Origin: Nitrososphaeraceae archaeon
GTDB taxonomy: Archaea; Thermoproteota; Nitrososphaeria; Nitrososphaerales; Nitrososphaeraceae
NCBI GenBank assembly: GCA_035297365.1
Contig: DATGZA010000031.1
Span: 1 to 51,412 of the forward strand
Length of the DNA: 51,412 nucleotides
Reading direction: 5' to 3'
Shown here: one piece after another, positions 10,083-21,537 of the stretch
How the letters are laid out: the number at the start of each line of letters is the position of its first letter
Position numbering within the stretch: the stretch's first letter is position 1
The notes under the pieces: model-generated
Told to the model about the DNA's origin: nothing
The model's database searches: none
What the model saw: only the letters and a program-made list of their open reading frames with translations
Program-made: the position numbers and the translations under genes

Positions 10083-11099
10083 TTATGTAGATGATTCATC
10101 TAGCAATAATTGAAGCTCGGCAGGCGAAGGTTCTGTTTTTCTTTCGTATTTTGCTGCTAACAATGTGGATGGTAATTTCACCGATATATAACTACCATCG
10201 TAATTATCAATAAGCTTTTTTGGGATATAATATATATGAACATTCACAACTCCATCTCTTACTACTATGACATCGTTACCTACTCGGTCTACGTCACCTA
10301 CGTCAATATCGTCACTAGCTCTCACTTTTTTATGAATAACTTCTTCCCAAGGAACATTTAACAATTCTTTTGAATTGGTTTCGCTTTGTACTTCTATTCC
10401 CGGCTCTTTTGCCATGAAAGGTATTAATTCAGAATAGTCACCTTTCTCATAAGACAAATCAGATTCTAATGGAGGACTGTCTCTTTGATATTTTGATTCG
10501 ATTTCCTCATTATTCATAGTTGTGTAAGCATGTTCGCCATCATATTCTTTGAAATATTTTTTGGGAATGAAATATCTATTCTTGTTTACCAATCCCTTTT
10601 CAACTTCAACAAAATGTTGTGCAACGCTCTTGATTTTTCCAACTTCTTTATCATCGTTGGATTTTACTTCCTTATTCAACAATTCTGCCCAGCTTACACC
10701 CATCTCCTGTTTTGATACTGATGTCCCAGCAGGGGAGTTCAGATTTTCTGTTTTTTCATAGCGCGGGTGAATTCCTTGGTTGAAATCTGGATATTTTTCT
10801 TCGACATATGCCTTTCTTTCCTGGTATGATACATCGTCAATAAATACGTCGGATGAAGGAGGATGATCTTGATCTTCAAATTTTTCTTTGACTTCATTCT
10901 CTGTTAAAGAAATCCAAACATCGTCACCATCATAACTGTCAAAATAATATTTTGGTATAAAAAAATGGTCTTTCCCTATTGTTCCTTTTTCGACCTCAAC
11001 AAAATGATTTAATACATTTTTTATTTTTCCTAAATCTCTATCATCAACAGATTTTATTTTTTTGTCTTTCGCTTTATCCCATGTAAGATTAACCACCAA
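10083..11099 (-). CDS. Protein with three DUF2171/PRC-barrel-like repeats
   Basis: Three repeats of W...K.V.S.D..D.G.I..V....V.V..G......Y.IPK.....YDG. Confidence 0.8.
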   Translation of the reverse strand: MVVNLTWDKAKDKKIKSVDDRDLGKIKNVLNHFVEVEKGTIGKDHFFIPKYYFDSYDGDDVWISLTENEVKEKFEDQDHPPSSDVFIDDVSYQERKAYVEEKYPDFNQGIHPRYEKTENLNSPAGTSVSKQEMGVSWAELLNKEVKSNDDKEVGKIKSVAQHFVEVEKGLVNKNRYFIPKKYFKEYDGEHAYTTMNNEEIESKYQRDSPPLESDLSYEKGDYSELIPFMAKEPGIEVQSETNSKELLNVPWEEVIHKKVRASDDIDVGDVDRVGNDVIVVRDGVVNVHIYYIPKKLIDNYDGSYISVKLPSTLLAAKYERKTEPSPAELQLLLDESST

Positions 11100-11212
11100 T
11101 TTATCTGATCTTAGTTATGCAACATATGATATATTAGTTTAAGAATACCGATCATTCTCTATATTTTAAAAAATTAAGGCTTATATCCTTTGTGGACCAA
11201 TAAAGATTATAT

Positions 11213-11641
11213 ATGAATAAAGAAAATTCCATTTCTGGTCCGACAATATTATGGAGTGAAGTAAAGGATCAAAAAGTAAAATCGGTAGATGGTAAAGATA
11301 TGGGAAAAATAAAAGTCATTTCTCAAAATCACTTTATGGTGGAAAAAGGACTAACCAAAAAGACGAAGTTTTGGATTCCAAAATTTCTGGCCGACGTATA
11401 CGACGGTCAATGTTTATGGCTAAATATAGAGAAAAAAGACATAATTGACGCTTTTTATTATGACGAAGAGCCTGAAATTCTACGACATCAAACAGATGTT
11501 TCTACCTTTAACACAAAATATGGGATTAATAAAACAGCAGATTCATATGAAAAGATACCGATTGCCAAAAACAAATATTCATCTATTACTCAACAACGTG
11601 GTTCGAAACAGCACTATAAGAATATAAGGGATCTAAAATAG
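11213..11641 (+). CDS. DUF2171/PRC-barrel-like single-domain protein
   Basis: WSEVKDQKVKSVDGKDMGKI...VEKG...FWIPK...YDG; paralog of the divergent neighbour. Confidence 0.8.
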   Translation: MNKENSISGPTILWSEVKDQKVKSVDGKDMGKIKVISQNHFMVEKGLTKKTKFWIPKFLADVYDGQCLWLNIEKKDIIDAFYYDEEPEILRHQTDVSTFNTKYGINKTADSYEKIPIAKNKYSSITQQRGSKQHYKNIRDLK

Positions 11642-11870
11642 AAACACAAGAAAACATATTCCAATTTGGTTTTCTCTTTCATATTAAAATTATCCTATAT
11701 TGAATTTGCCCTTTGATTTGTCATTTAACTTAAAGAGAATAAATTAACAGTTATTCACTAATACGATTTTTTGTTATCTTATTATTTCATTTGAAATTGT
11801 ATGGACAAAATTTCTCTTTTTTTAAAAAGTCTACACTATATAATTTCATTTCAAGCTTTAATCAATAATA

Positions 11871-13763
11871 TCATTTTATTAAATCCTGATTAATATTTTT
11901 GATTGGTAAAATAAACACAAAATTTGCTCCTTTACCATTTGCCATATTTTCACCCCATATTTTGCCCCCATGAGCTTCAACAATATTTTTAGAGATATAC
12001 AATCCAAGGCCAGTTCCTTTTTCAGATTTAGTTACGAACTTTTTAAATAATCTTGGAAAAACCATTGGATCTATTCCCTTACCGCTATCTTTAATACTGA
12101 TTATTATTTGATCATCAGGACCATTTTTTATTTCAGTAGTTATTGTACCGTTCTCTGTAAACTTATAAGCATTGCTTAATAGATTAGATACTACTTGCTG
12201 TATTCTATTTTTATCTGCATATAACAATAGTTTGTCTTTTTCGTTTCTTTCGCGGTCATTTAAATTGTAACCCTTATTATTAATATGGACTAGTCTGAAA
12301 TCATTATTATTTTTATTTTGGTATTTAGTTGTAAAATCATTTATTGTTTCTTCGATCAAATCATATATATCAAATTGTTCCATTTCTAATTTTAAAGTTT
12401 TGCTTTCGATTCTTGCTATCTCTAAAATATGTTCTGTTAATCTATAAAGCCTTTCTGAATTTCTGCCTAAAGGATCCAAGTACTTCTGAAAATTTTTCGG
12501 TCTCATTTTTATCAATTCCATATATCCAACTATCGACTGCGTTGGTGTCCTAAGTTCATGAGCGGCTATATTTATGAACTCCTGTTGCATCTTATCATGA
12601 ACTTGAAGTTGCTCATTTGCTTCCGTAAGACTTTTATTTATTAATGTGATTTCTTTGACTGCTTTTCTTAGCTCTTCTGTTATATCAGAAAGTTCTTCAT
12701 TTGTATTTCTGATATTTTCATACAATTTCTTTTGTCTCCAAATTGTATCAAAAATAGAAATGTATGACAAAATTGTTGATTTTGCATTTGTATATGTTGC
12801 AGATCCTATTGCTCGCCAGATCTCTTTTTGCGAATCGTCTTTTGTTTCTATCGCCAAAAGTGTTTTTCTATCCACAATAACACAAGTTGTTTTAATTTTT
12901 GTAACAGATTCAATTTTTTTAAATTCGATATTCAATTTTTGTTTGTGACTTTTTTTATTATTATTGGTCTCCAAAATGTTATTTATTCGTTGATCTACAA
13001 TCTTATTAGTAGGAGTCAAGACTCTAAAATAAAATTTTTTATTAAAAGGATTTCTTATATTTACATTTGATCTTTTATTTAGCATTTCCCAAATTTTTAG
13101 ATTATATTCTCTAAGAAATGCATTTACAGACGGTAAAATTAATAAAACCTCAAAAGTAGCATTGTTAATAAGTTTGAATAACAACTCCTGAGTCTTTTGT
13201 GTATTTTCTATTATTTCTGTGAATTCATCTACCTCATATTCTTCTTTACCTCTTCGTAAATAGGAGTTGACATCGTTTACCCTCAGGGAACCATCCAAAC
13301 CGTGATTCCAAAGGTCTTCAAACACTTTTTTATATTGCTTTAGTAAATTTGGATCATTAGTAATAATAATATCATGAGATGGTCCATTATTTGTAAAAAA
13401 CGGATCCATAAAAATACTAACCATGTAGTCAGATAATATAAAGTTTAGTGGAGGTAGTTTATTTGAATGTTTTATCTTTATTCCACTATAAAGAAATTTT
13501 TCAGCGTAACGAACATTATTTTTATTAATGGTTGAAATGTATCTAATATTTCTACAATTTAATTGTCCATGATTTGTAAATACATTGTCTAGTATGAGAG
13601 ACGTATATTTCGATAAATTTTTGAAATCAACTCTAGGTAAAAATATATCCAATCGCTCATGTATATTATCATCTGTTTTAAAAATCTCTAAAGCCTGCGT
13701 TAGAGATTTTACCCGTTTGAAGTAGAATTCATCTATTTTTTCTTCAATCTCATTTCTTTCCAC
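11871..13763 (-). CDS. Cytoplasmic sensor histidine kinase (C-terminal part of a gene split by an amber stop)
   Basis: H-box AAHELRTP, N-box NLLSNAYKF, G1 DSGKGI, F box, G2 GTGLGL; coiled coil before the H-box. Confidence 0.92.
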   Translation of the reverse strand: MERNEIEEKIDEFYFKRVKSLTQALEIFKTDDNIHERLDIFLPRVDFKNLSKYTSLILDNVFTNHGQLNCRNIRYISTINKNNVRYAEKFLYSGIKIKHSNKLPPLNFILSDYMVSIFMDPFFTNNGPSHDIIITNDPNLLKQYKKVFEDLWNHGLDGSLRVNDVNSYLRRGKEEYEVDEFTEIIENTQKTQELLFKLINNATFEVLLILPSVNAFLREYNLKIWEMLNKRSNVNIRNPFNKKFYFRVLTPTNKIVDQRINNILETNNNKKSHKQKLNIEFKKIESVTKIKTTCVIVDRKTLLAIETKDDSQKEIWRAIGSATYTNAKSTILSYISIFDTIWRQKKLYENIRNTNEELSDITEELRKAVKEITLINKSLTEANEQLQVHDKMQQEFINIAAHELRTPTQSIVGYMELIKMRPKNFQKYLDPLGRNSERLYRLTEHILEIARIESKTLKLEMEQFDIYDLIEETINDFTTKYQNKNNNDFRLVHINNKGYNLNDRERNEKDKLLLYADKNRIQQVVSNLLSNAYKFTENGTITTEIKNGPDDQIIISIKDSGKGIDPMVFPRLFKKFVTKSEKGTGLGLYISKNIVEAHGGKIWGENMANGKGANFVFILPIKNINQDLIK

Positions 13764-13784
13764 GTTGATATATCTCGCTTGGCT

Positions 13785-14207
13785 CTACAAATTTTCAAAA
13801 ATATCTTTCTGTTCTTTTAGTATTTCTTTTGTCTTACCATATGAGAATGGAGCAAAAATATAGTAGGAAGGTATCTCTCCGATATTACAAAGAATCTCAT
13901 TCTCTTTTAGTACTAAAAAATCACCATGGGGCAAATTTCTTACTTTTGGGGACAAGAATTGTTTAACAAAAAATAAATTTTTTTTTATTTTTGTATTGTA
14001 CCTAATCTTCATTCTTCTTTCGTAAGACTGTTTACAACTATCCAATAAATTGTTTTTATGTGAAGAATCCTGTACAATATGAGGCCTTTCACAAATATCT
14101 ATTTTTTCGGATGTTTTTTGTATTACATCTTCTATTCTTTCTAAAATACTATATTTTCCTTTTATAATATCTGTTCCTAAACAAATATTGGTTTCAATAC
14201 CTTTCAT
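13785..14207 (-). pseudogene. N-terminal sensory-repeat fragment of the histidine kinase, in frame but cut off by TAG
   Basis: Reads IFENL*SQARYINVERNEIEE into the kinase; internal paralogous motifs read FEDLW and FDTIW. Confidence 0.75.
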
Positions 14208-15014
14208 ACATTATTGATAATATTAGCACATTTTAGTTAATAATCATTGTAGTTTATGGTTTATTGTATGTCTAAGGATCTATCCCCAGCATAGACGCAT
14301 TACTTCTTTTGATTACTTAATTGCACGCAAATTATTGGTTTATTATATACCAAGACATTTAAATCTAGTTTCAGATTATCAAGTATGTGTTTTACTTCGT
14401 CTTGTAAATTTCCATCTCTCTTTCACCAAAGAGGTACTTACAAATCGTTTCTTTGGTTGTTTTGGGTAAAACTAAATTTGTGTGATAGTTCCTAGATAGA
14501 AATTTCATAAATGATACTCCTAATGATCTTTCCAAAATCGATTCAATTCCCTTATTAGCTAATTTCTTTCGTTTTTTTACCGTGAAAGATTTTTTATTGA
14601 ATATAGTCTAAGAATTTTTCTTTTCAAATCACTTCAATCTATTATCACTACATCTGCTTTTACCACTCGAGCCCATGCTTCTCATTAGTTTTTCTAAATT
14701 TACAATATGTTGTTAATTTGGTATCATGCTTCTGACAAGAAGCGTACTTTCTATTATATCTGATTTCTATTCTGTTACGATTACCTAATCCAGAACGCAA
14801 AAAAAAACAATTCAAACAAATACCACAAGAAATGAATATTGAAATGTTTTCTCTCGATAAATGGTGATCCAATTTATAATCAGATTGCCTCGAGTATCAC
14901 TTTTAAATACTATGAGGCTTACTTTCAGAATAGATATGATAAATCTAGAATATCCTGGATATATCGATTTAGAATTTAATATATCATATTGAAGGACGAG
15001 GTAAAGATGTAGCA

Positions 15015-16061
15015 ATGCATAAAATTTTTTCCTATAACAAACAAAATCTACAAACTATAGACGAATTGAATTTTGATGAGTTACAAAATGAAAATAAAGT
15101 ATGGATCGATATAGAAAATCCGACATCAAAAGAAATATCATGGATTCAGGATACTTTTAATATAGATGACAATATTTTCAACCAATATTTAGCTGGGTCT
15201 AAAAAATCACAAATTAGAATTTTGGAAGAATATACATTCACTTCAATAGTAAATGTAAAGTTCAAGAATTTGCAGACGTTGACTACACAGCCAATTTATA
15301 TGTTGCTCGGAGAAAATTGGTTGATAACAGTTCATTCCTCAGAAATTAATCTAAAGGAAAAAATACACCAGATGTTTGATAATGATAAAACAATAGCCGA
15401 ATCCTCAATAAAAATATTGTATTACAATATCCTTACAAAAATTATAGAAAATTATGAACAACTTCTTACTGCAATAGAAATTGCTCTCACAGATTTTGAG
15501 GAAAGATCATTATACAATTATTCTATTGAAGTATTGCGAAAATTAAAAGATTTATCACACCAATTGATCATGCTAAGAAGATATTTCTGGAAAGTAAGGG
15601 AAATTTTTAGCTTTTTAATATACCAAGAGCAGGAAATCGAAGCAAAACAAAACATGAAATATTTAAAAATACTTTACAATAATGTTGACGAATTAGTACA
15701 TTTAATTGAATCATATAAAGATACGATAAACTCAATAAGAGAGCTTTATATAGCAAATGTTTCTTTACAAATGAACGACACAGTAAAGACATTAACAATA
15801 TTCTCTGCAATACTTTTACCCCTAACTTTTATTACTAGTTTTTATGGGATGAATGGATTGGATTTGAACAATTTTTCTAGTTTACCTTTCGGAACGATTC
15901 TCGTATCAATCACCATGGGAATTATCCTGACAATTCTTATTTTATTTTTTAGAAAAAAACAGTGGATTTTCCGAAAAAGTGAAACTCCAGCTAATTCTGG
16001 TAAAAAAATGGATAACAATAAAAATGCAACTCTGACAAAAACAGATTCTGTTTATTGGTAG
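15015..16061 (+). CDS. corA: CorA-family Mg2+/divalent cation transporter
   Basis: WIDIENP, MNDTVKTLTI, PLTFITSFYGMN signature, two C-terminal TM helices ending KKQW. Confidence 0.93.
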   Translation: MHKIFSYNKQNLQTIDELNFDELQNENKVWIDIENPTSKEISWIQDTFNIDDNIFNQYLAGSKKSQIRILEEYTFTSIVNVKFKNLQTLTTQPIYMLLGENWLITVHSSEINLKEKIHQMFDNDKTIAESSIKILYYNILTKIIENYEQLLTAIEIALTDFEERSLYNYSIEVLRKLKDLSHQLIMLRRYFWKVREIFSFLIYQEQEIEAKQNMKYLKILYNNVDELVHLIESYKDTINSIRELYIANVSLQMNDTVKTLTIFSAILLPLTFITSFYGMNGLDLNNFSSLPFGTILVSITMGIILTILILFFRKKQWIFRKSETPANSGKKMDNNKNATLTKTDSVYW

Positions 16062-16327
16062 ACAGTATAAAATATAATGAATTACCTAATTTCATGTCCT
16101 TCAAATCTTTAATCTGTGGGCATGTCGTCTATCCAAATCCGTTGTTTGAAATATGTGGGATCAATTCTCTTCTTAGAATATAATTTGAACTTTCTTTTTC
16201 ATAGAAAGTTATCTGTTTTATATTAATATAAAATCAGATCATGAATAATATACTAATTATATTGACAATTTCGATAAGGCCTCTAAATTTTAAGATTAAT
16301 ATATTATGCTGTGCTTACTTTTATAAA

Positions 16328-16561
16328 ATGACGGCAAATGAAGGAGAAATTTTAAAAAATGGAATTAACAAAATAACACTAATTACAGTTATTGTCACTG
16401 CAATTGGAATACTATTTTTGATAAATTACGATGTAGACAGATCATTCCAAGAAGAAGGAATTACTCTAACTGATCCCAAAAATGTCACCAATCAGACTTT
16501 ACAGAATGTTCCAGCTGAAGATAAAGATTTGTCTACTGGTATAGAACATAACGACGGGTAA
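16328..16561 (+). CDS. Small single-TM hypothetical protein (start at 16328 preferred over 16241)
   Basis: One TM helix plus an acidic tail; AT-rich TATA-like element about 30 nt upstream of 16328. Confidence 0.6.
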   Translation: MTANEGEILKNGINKITLITVIVTAIGILFLINYDVDRSFQEEGITLTDPKNVTNQTLQNVPAEDKDLSTGIEHNDG

Positions 16562-16953
16562 CCTAAATCCAACAATATATTACCTATAAGACGTGCGAGA
16601 TTATGCGGCTACGAGTATTTTTAAAATATTATTCTTGATCTAGATATTCATAAAATTGCTAATATGATTGCCAAATTAACAAGCAGGATTAGAACTTTTT
16701 AATAATTTATAAGGTAATTCACTTGACAAACTGAACAAAATCAATTCTTGCATTATGCATAAAGTTAGAAAATTATAAAAACTATTGTCAAAGAAACAAT
16801 TTTCTTTATAGAGGCGTGGAAGTATGATGATAAATAAAATTGGACTATTTCTAGGCTTTATAATTATTATGTAGAATTAAATTGTATAAAAAATTATATA
16901 ATACGATATTTTGCACAGTGACTCTTGTTCTATTTGAAATAAATCCGTCATAA

Positions 16954-17466
16954 TCAGCTAAATGCTGTTGCATTTATTGCAGTAGCATTTGCAATTTGTC
17001 CTCTTATTTCTCCGTTAGGATAATTTACAGTGTGAACATTGATATAAGCCTTTAATTGTTTTATCTGAGCTATTACATCCTGCAGTGATTTTCCTGCGAA
17101 TGGTCCTTCAAGATCGCTTGTTGTTATTGTTCCCTGCGTTAATGTTCCGTTAATAAGACCAGTTGGACTGCTGGAATTAAACAATGTGGCAATCACGTCA
17201 CCGTTTTCTCCAAAAGCACCTATATGAATATGAGAAGATTTAATTTTATCCAAATTTGTTACATTTATTTGATAGTTTAAGGTCTTGTTATCATATTTTA
17301 GTACTGCGAACCCACTGGAATTCGTTGGTACTGGCGGTACTTCTTCAAAACCGACAAGTGGTGTGGTATAAATTTCCTCTGCATATGATATAACAACTCC
17401 TAACGAGGAAAGGAAGAATATTGATGCTAGGAATATGCCAATGGAAAAATGATTGGAAATTAACAT
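16954..17466 (-). CDS. Secreted CHRD-domain protein
   Basis: Signal peptide; L.G.EEVPPV.T...G.A, HIH.G..GENG, YINVHT..YPNGEIRGQI. Confidence 0.92.
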   Translation of the reverse strand: MLISNHFSIGIFLASIFFLSSLGVVISYAEEIYTTPLVGFEEVPPVPTNSSGFAVLKYDNKTLNYQINVTNLDKIKSSHIHIGAFGENGDVIATLFNSSSPTGLINGTLTQGTITTSDLEGPFAGKSLQDVIAQIKQLKAYINVHTVNYPNGEIRGQIANATAINATAFS

Positions 17467-17908
17467 TAGATAAATATGATCAGCATTGTTTATAAGAATT
17501 ATGTATCTTAATGTAGTAATCGATACTTAAGGTGCGTCAATTGAATACCAATTTGTCACTAATAGAATAAAAATATCTAATATTAAATTTAACTCTAAAA
17601 TCTGGTATGCCCATTTAATATAGGGATTAATTTCTATAATTAATATTAATTATTGTACTACCTGAGAATGTATGATTTAAATGTGTGTGATCTACAAATC
17701 ATGTATTCAAAGCTGTACAGTCCTCTTTTAGGATATCGATAGGATATTAATAACTATTTATCTATAACGGATCATCTATTCTTCCTTATTAGCAAATTGT
17801 AATTTACTACCAGATAAATGTCAAAGGTAGGTCTTTTTAAATAAGGTAACGGATGAACTGAAACCCTATAAATATAACCATATATAATTTAGGGCTAAAT
17901 ATGATTTA

Positions 17909-18016
17909 ATGAAAGGAACATGTCAAAATTGTGGAGAAGTAAATGTGAACGTACAAAAAATAACTTCGAAAAATAATCAAGACAAGTATCTTTGTGATCA
18001 ATGTAAGAGTGAATAA
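17909..18016 (+). CDS. 35-aa CxxC-CxxC zinc-finger microprotein (not in the ORF track)
   Basis: MKGTCQNCGEVNVNVQKITSKNNQDKYLCDQCKSE; TATATAA at 17881, 28 nt upstream. Confidence 0.7.
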   Translation: MKGTCQNCGEVNVNVQKITSKNNQDKYLCDQCKSE

Positions 18017-18472
18017 AAAATCAAAAATAGGTTGCTAAACATAATTAGGAAAACTTTACATATGTATTGTATAATCTAATCCTTTTCATAATTAGATCGG
18101 AAACAAGACCAACTTATATGAATATTTTCGACTTACGCAGTACGTTAATTATGCTGAGATTACCTCAGGTAATCACCAATATTTTATTTATAATATAAAT
18201 AGCCCAAAGGAGGGATATATAAGTTCCTTAGTTTTGATTTAGTTTAGATTAGTCTTAGACAATAAAAGAAAAGATATTTCAAAGTATAAGCGTTAATATC
18301 TTTAGTTACCAGTAAAATTGTGATCAGTTATGCTTATGTTGATGTTCTAAATACACTTAATATCATAAGCACGGTAATCTCATATTATTTTAGTATTAGG
18401 TACAATATTTTATCAGCTAATTTTATTTAAATTGTCAGCAGTATTATCAATAATAAAACTGAAGATGTAACA

Positions 18473-18900
18473 TTGAGTAAGGGAAATAAAGAAAATATCG
18501 ATAATTTCGATATACAAAGGTATATTGATAACATTTCCTTAATAATTATTGATTCAAACAAGACATTTAGTAATTTAAATTTAGACGATAAAACAACAAT
18601 CGTATTTTTGGATAACTCTAATCCACATAAAGATAAGATTCTTCCTAAGAATAAAGATAATAATTTTACATCTCTCGTACGAATGTCATTTTAGCAAATT
18701 ATGGATTCATTTATAAAAAAAACGGATATGAAATATTATTAGAATTAGAAGAATCCATACCTCCAGTTTTTAAAAGTATAAATGTAAAACAAATTTGTTT
18801 ATATCATCAAAACGATTTCTTCAACAAATTTACCAAACAACAGAAGAAGGAATTGCTTGACTTGCATACTAGAAATATAATATTGAATTCGCAAGATAGA
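18473..18900 (+). pseudogene. Decayed MEDS-like Nitrososphaeraceae protein
   Basis: SLIIIDS segment, stop at 18692-94, frameshift at the A-run near 18715-18722, then LLELEESIP...KQICLYHQNDF...KKELLDLH. Confidence 0.55.
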
Positions 18901-20178
18901 AGATTAAAATTAATTATTATTCAACTAAATCAAAACCCTCACAACAAATATCATTTGTGTGCACATATTATGTCTAAGAAATCTTCAAAGAAAATTGTAG
19001 ATTCAATTATTAACACAATTTAGTATTTTTTATTTTTATTAGACGAACGTATAAAATATACAAACTTTAGTTGACCGTCAAATCACACTTTAAATTATAA
19101 GAGCTTTTTTTTAGATCTACATTTGGTATATAATGCGACCTTTTATGTCCATGGTAAGTCAGCAAACATTATCAGTTGTTTTTTTCATGTGCTAGCAATT
19201 CTATCTTCTCCACCAGCAGAAATTTTTTCAGTATTTAGAAATACGTCATAATCAGATAATTTCTACCTATAATAATAATGGATATTACCAGGTAAATTTG
19301 AAGCGTCGGGTCCGGCATATTACATAAATATCTTCGCTTTAGATAAAGGTATTTAAGATTAATTTATTAGAGTTTATTTATTCTCATCTAATACTTTCCC
19401 GTTGACCATAGAACAATATGAAGATTTGATACAATGTCTTAAAGATACTGGGTTTTATGTGTGAGAATTCATACCTGAATACAGACCTTTTATTTTTTAC
19501 ATTTTTGAATTTTCATTTTTATCTGAGCATCCGGAAAATAATTTCTTGAGACACGTAAAGATATCAATAAGATAAATATCATTTAAGGAAAAATATCACT
19601 TGTTTTTAATATGTAAGATTTCAATCATATCTGAAAATAAGCTTCTACTGTAAAAAAAAGGAAAATACTAGAATCTTAATCAGCGCAAATAAACTTATAT
19701 GATTTCTTTCAATAATCCCCTCCCAGAAATAATCAATTATGAAGTTGCATTTTTATTAATAATATGATTATTATTCAATCTTCTAATCTTTTAATAGACT
19801 AAATTGCATAATAACAATACTATGAAGGCAACTACTCTCGTTATTCTATCAACACTGAGCACAATTATTTTTGTTATTTTGCTCTTTTCCCTTCCCTACT
19901 AACTAAAATTACTAATAGTTTATTTGACCTACTGTTAGTGTAATTGGCACTATATGCAGAGTATTTTTATAAATACGGAAGTTAATTTGCATCACTGGAA
20001 AAGAAAAATAAGATAACCAACAACATACACGAGCTTGATTCTAATGTATTTGTATTAAAAAGATTATTTGGAGATCTCTTTCTACAGTTTTACTTCATAT
20101 AAAATAGATAATTGAAGTTCAGATATATTATTATAAATGTTCTATATGGTTTCATGAAAATCTTTTTTAGACTATCAT

Positions 20179-20337
20179 CTATGATCTTTTTTTATTCTTT
20201 TTTCTTTTTATTTTTCCACTCAGGCTCGCATTACATACTGCATACGGATTAACCTTATCACCAGATTTGTTTTCCACTTTTTCGACACATCTGTCAAACT
20301 TTTTGGAATCGAGTCCCTTCTTCATACCTCGAGGCAT
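20179..20337 (-). CDS. 52-aa basic microprotein with two Cys (RCV...NPYAVC) (not in the ORF track)
   Basis: MPRGMKKGLDSKKFDRCVEKVENKSGDKVNPYAVCNASLSGKIKRKKNKKRS; TTAATT box and TGTTGTA upstream. Confidence 0.7.
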   Translation of the reverse strand: MPRGMKKGLDSKKFDRCVEKVENKSGDKVNPYAVCNASLSGKIKRKKNKKRS

Positions 20338-20811
20338 ATCTATAATAATACAACATCGCTAATTAAGATTAAATATAAAATTAAGTTTCAATGACCCCCA
20401 TGCGTTTATGAACACATGAGAAAATTTAATCCATATTTAAATTAAATTAGACGAATCAAATTATATCGAATGAACACGAATTGTCAAAATCAAATAAAGT
20501 AGCTCCTAGAAGGTGATTAAATACTACTAGACCATACAAATCCATTTTAAATGTTAAATGCGATAGATCATAATTTTTTTCAAGAATAGTTAACAATATC
20601 TAAAAAATACTATTAACAAGAGAAGAAAATCAAGTGAATTTGTCTGAGAATGCATTATTTACTAATCACAGGATCAATATTAAAAAAGACTACTACAATT
20701 TATAACATTCAGGTGTATAGATCACTTTCTTTTTGTAAAATGGTTTAATAAATAAGTAGTATGACTTAAAATATAAAATCATCATATACTTTGTTATCGA
20801 TATATTATAGT

Positions 20812-21405
20812 ATGAACTATGATGGAGAAATTAACGCCCCTGGAGAAGAAGTTATAAATCCAGACGGAAGTGTAATACCAACTATAGAGTCAGAAAACAT
20901 ATCTAGGGAGAAAGAAAAGTATGTTATTTCAAAAGAAGATATCCCTAAATTTAATAAAATTTTGGTAACAGATGATGGCAAAGATATATCAAATAAGGCT
21001 TTAAATTATGCTATTTCATTATCCAACTCGACAAACGCGGAAATGGTAATTTTACGTATAATAGAAGATGTTGACCAGCTAGATATTTCTGTAGAAGGCT
21101 CGAAAGATGTCAAAGAAAATAATAAACTTGACAACGAAAACTTTGAACGAACTATCAAAGGAGAAATAATAAATTCAATGGAAGAGAAAATTAAGAATTG
21201 TCGGATGGTTGGATGTAATAATAAAGTTTCATATAAATTTTTGACAGGTAATGCAATAGACGAAATAGTCAAAGAAATAAATGATAATAGCTATGATTTA
21301 GTAGTCTTGACCACCAGTCATATAGATTCGTGGTTTCGATCATTATTTAGTGACGCGAGAAAAATAATAAGTAATATCAGTAAGCCTGTTTTAATAATAC
21401 AGTAA
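20812..21405 (+). CDS. Universal stress protein (UspA family)
   Basis: FNKILVTDDG..S.KAL.YA, GNAIDEIV, YDLVVL, KPVLII; ATG at 20812 preferred. Confidence 0.9.
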   Translation: MNYDGEINAPGEEVINPDGSVIPTIESENISREKEKYVISKEDIPKFNKILVTDDGKDISNKALNYAISLSNSTNAEMVILRIIEDVDQLDISVEGSKDVKENNKLDNENFERTIKGEIINSMEEKIKNCRMVGCNNKVSYKFLTGNAIDEIVKEINDNSYDLVVLTTSHIDSWFRSLFSDARKIISNISKPVLIIQ

Positions 21406-21537
21406 TTCTTATTTTAAAATCTGTCTCATATCATTGCACTAAATACCACATACAATATTAAATTATCCGTGATTATATTTTAAATTCAAAATTATTACAC
21501 AAATATCTGATAAAAATAGAATTAGCTTACACAAAAT

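Noticed and set aside
13785-13787. Stop-codon reassignment or pyrrolysine as an explanation for in-frame stops
   Set aside because: Intact genes here end in TAA, TAG and TGA, and the broken genes also carry frameshifts, so ordinary decay is simpler
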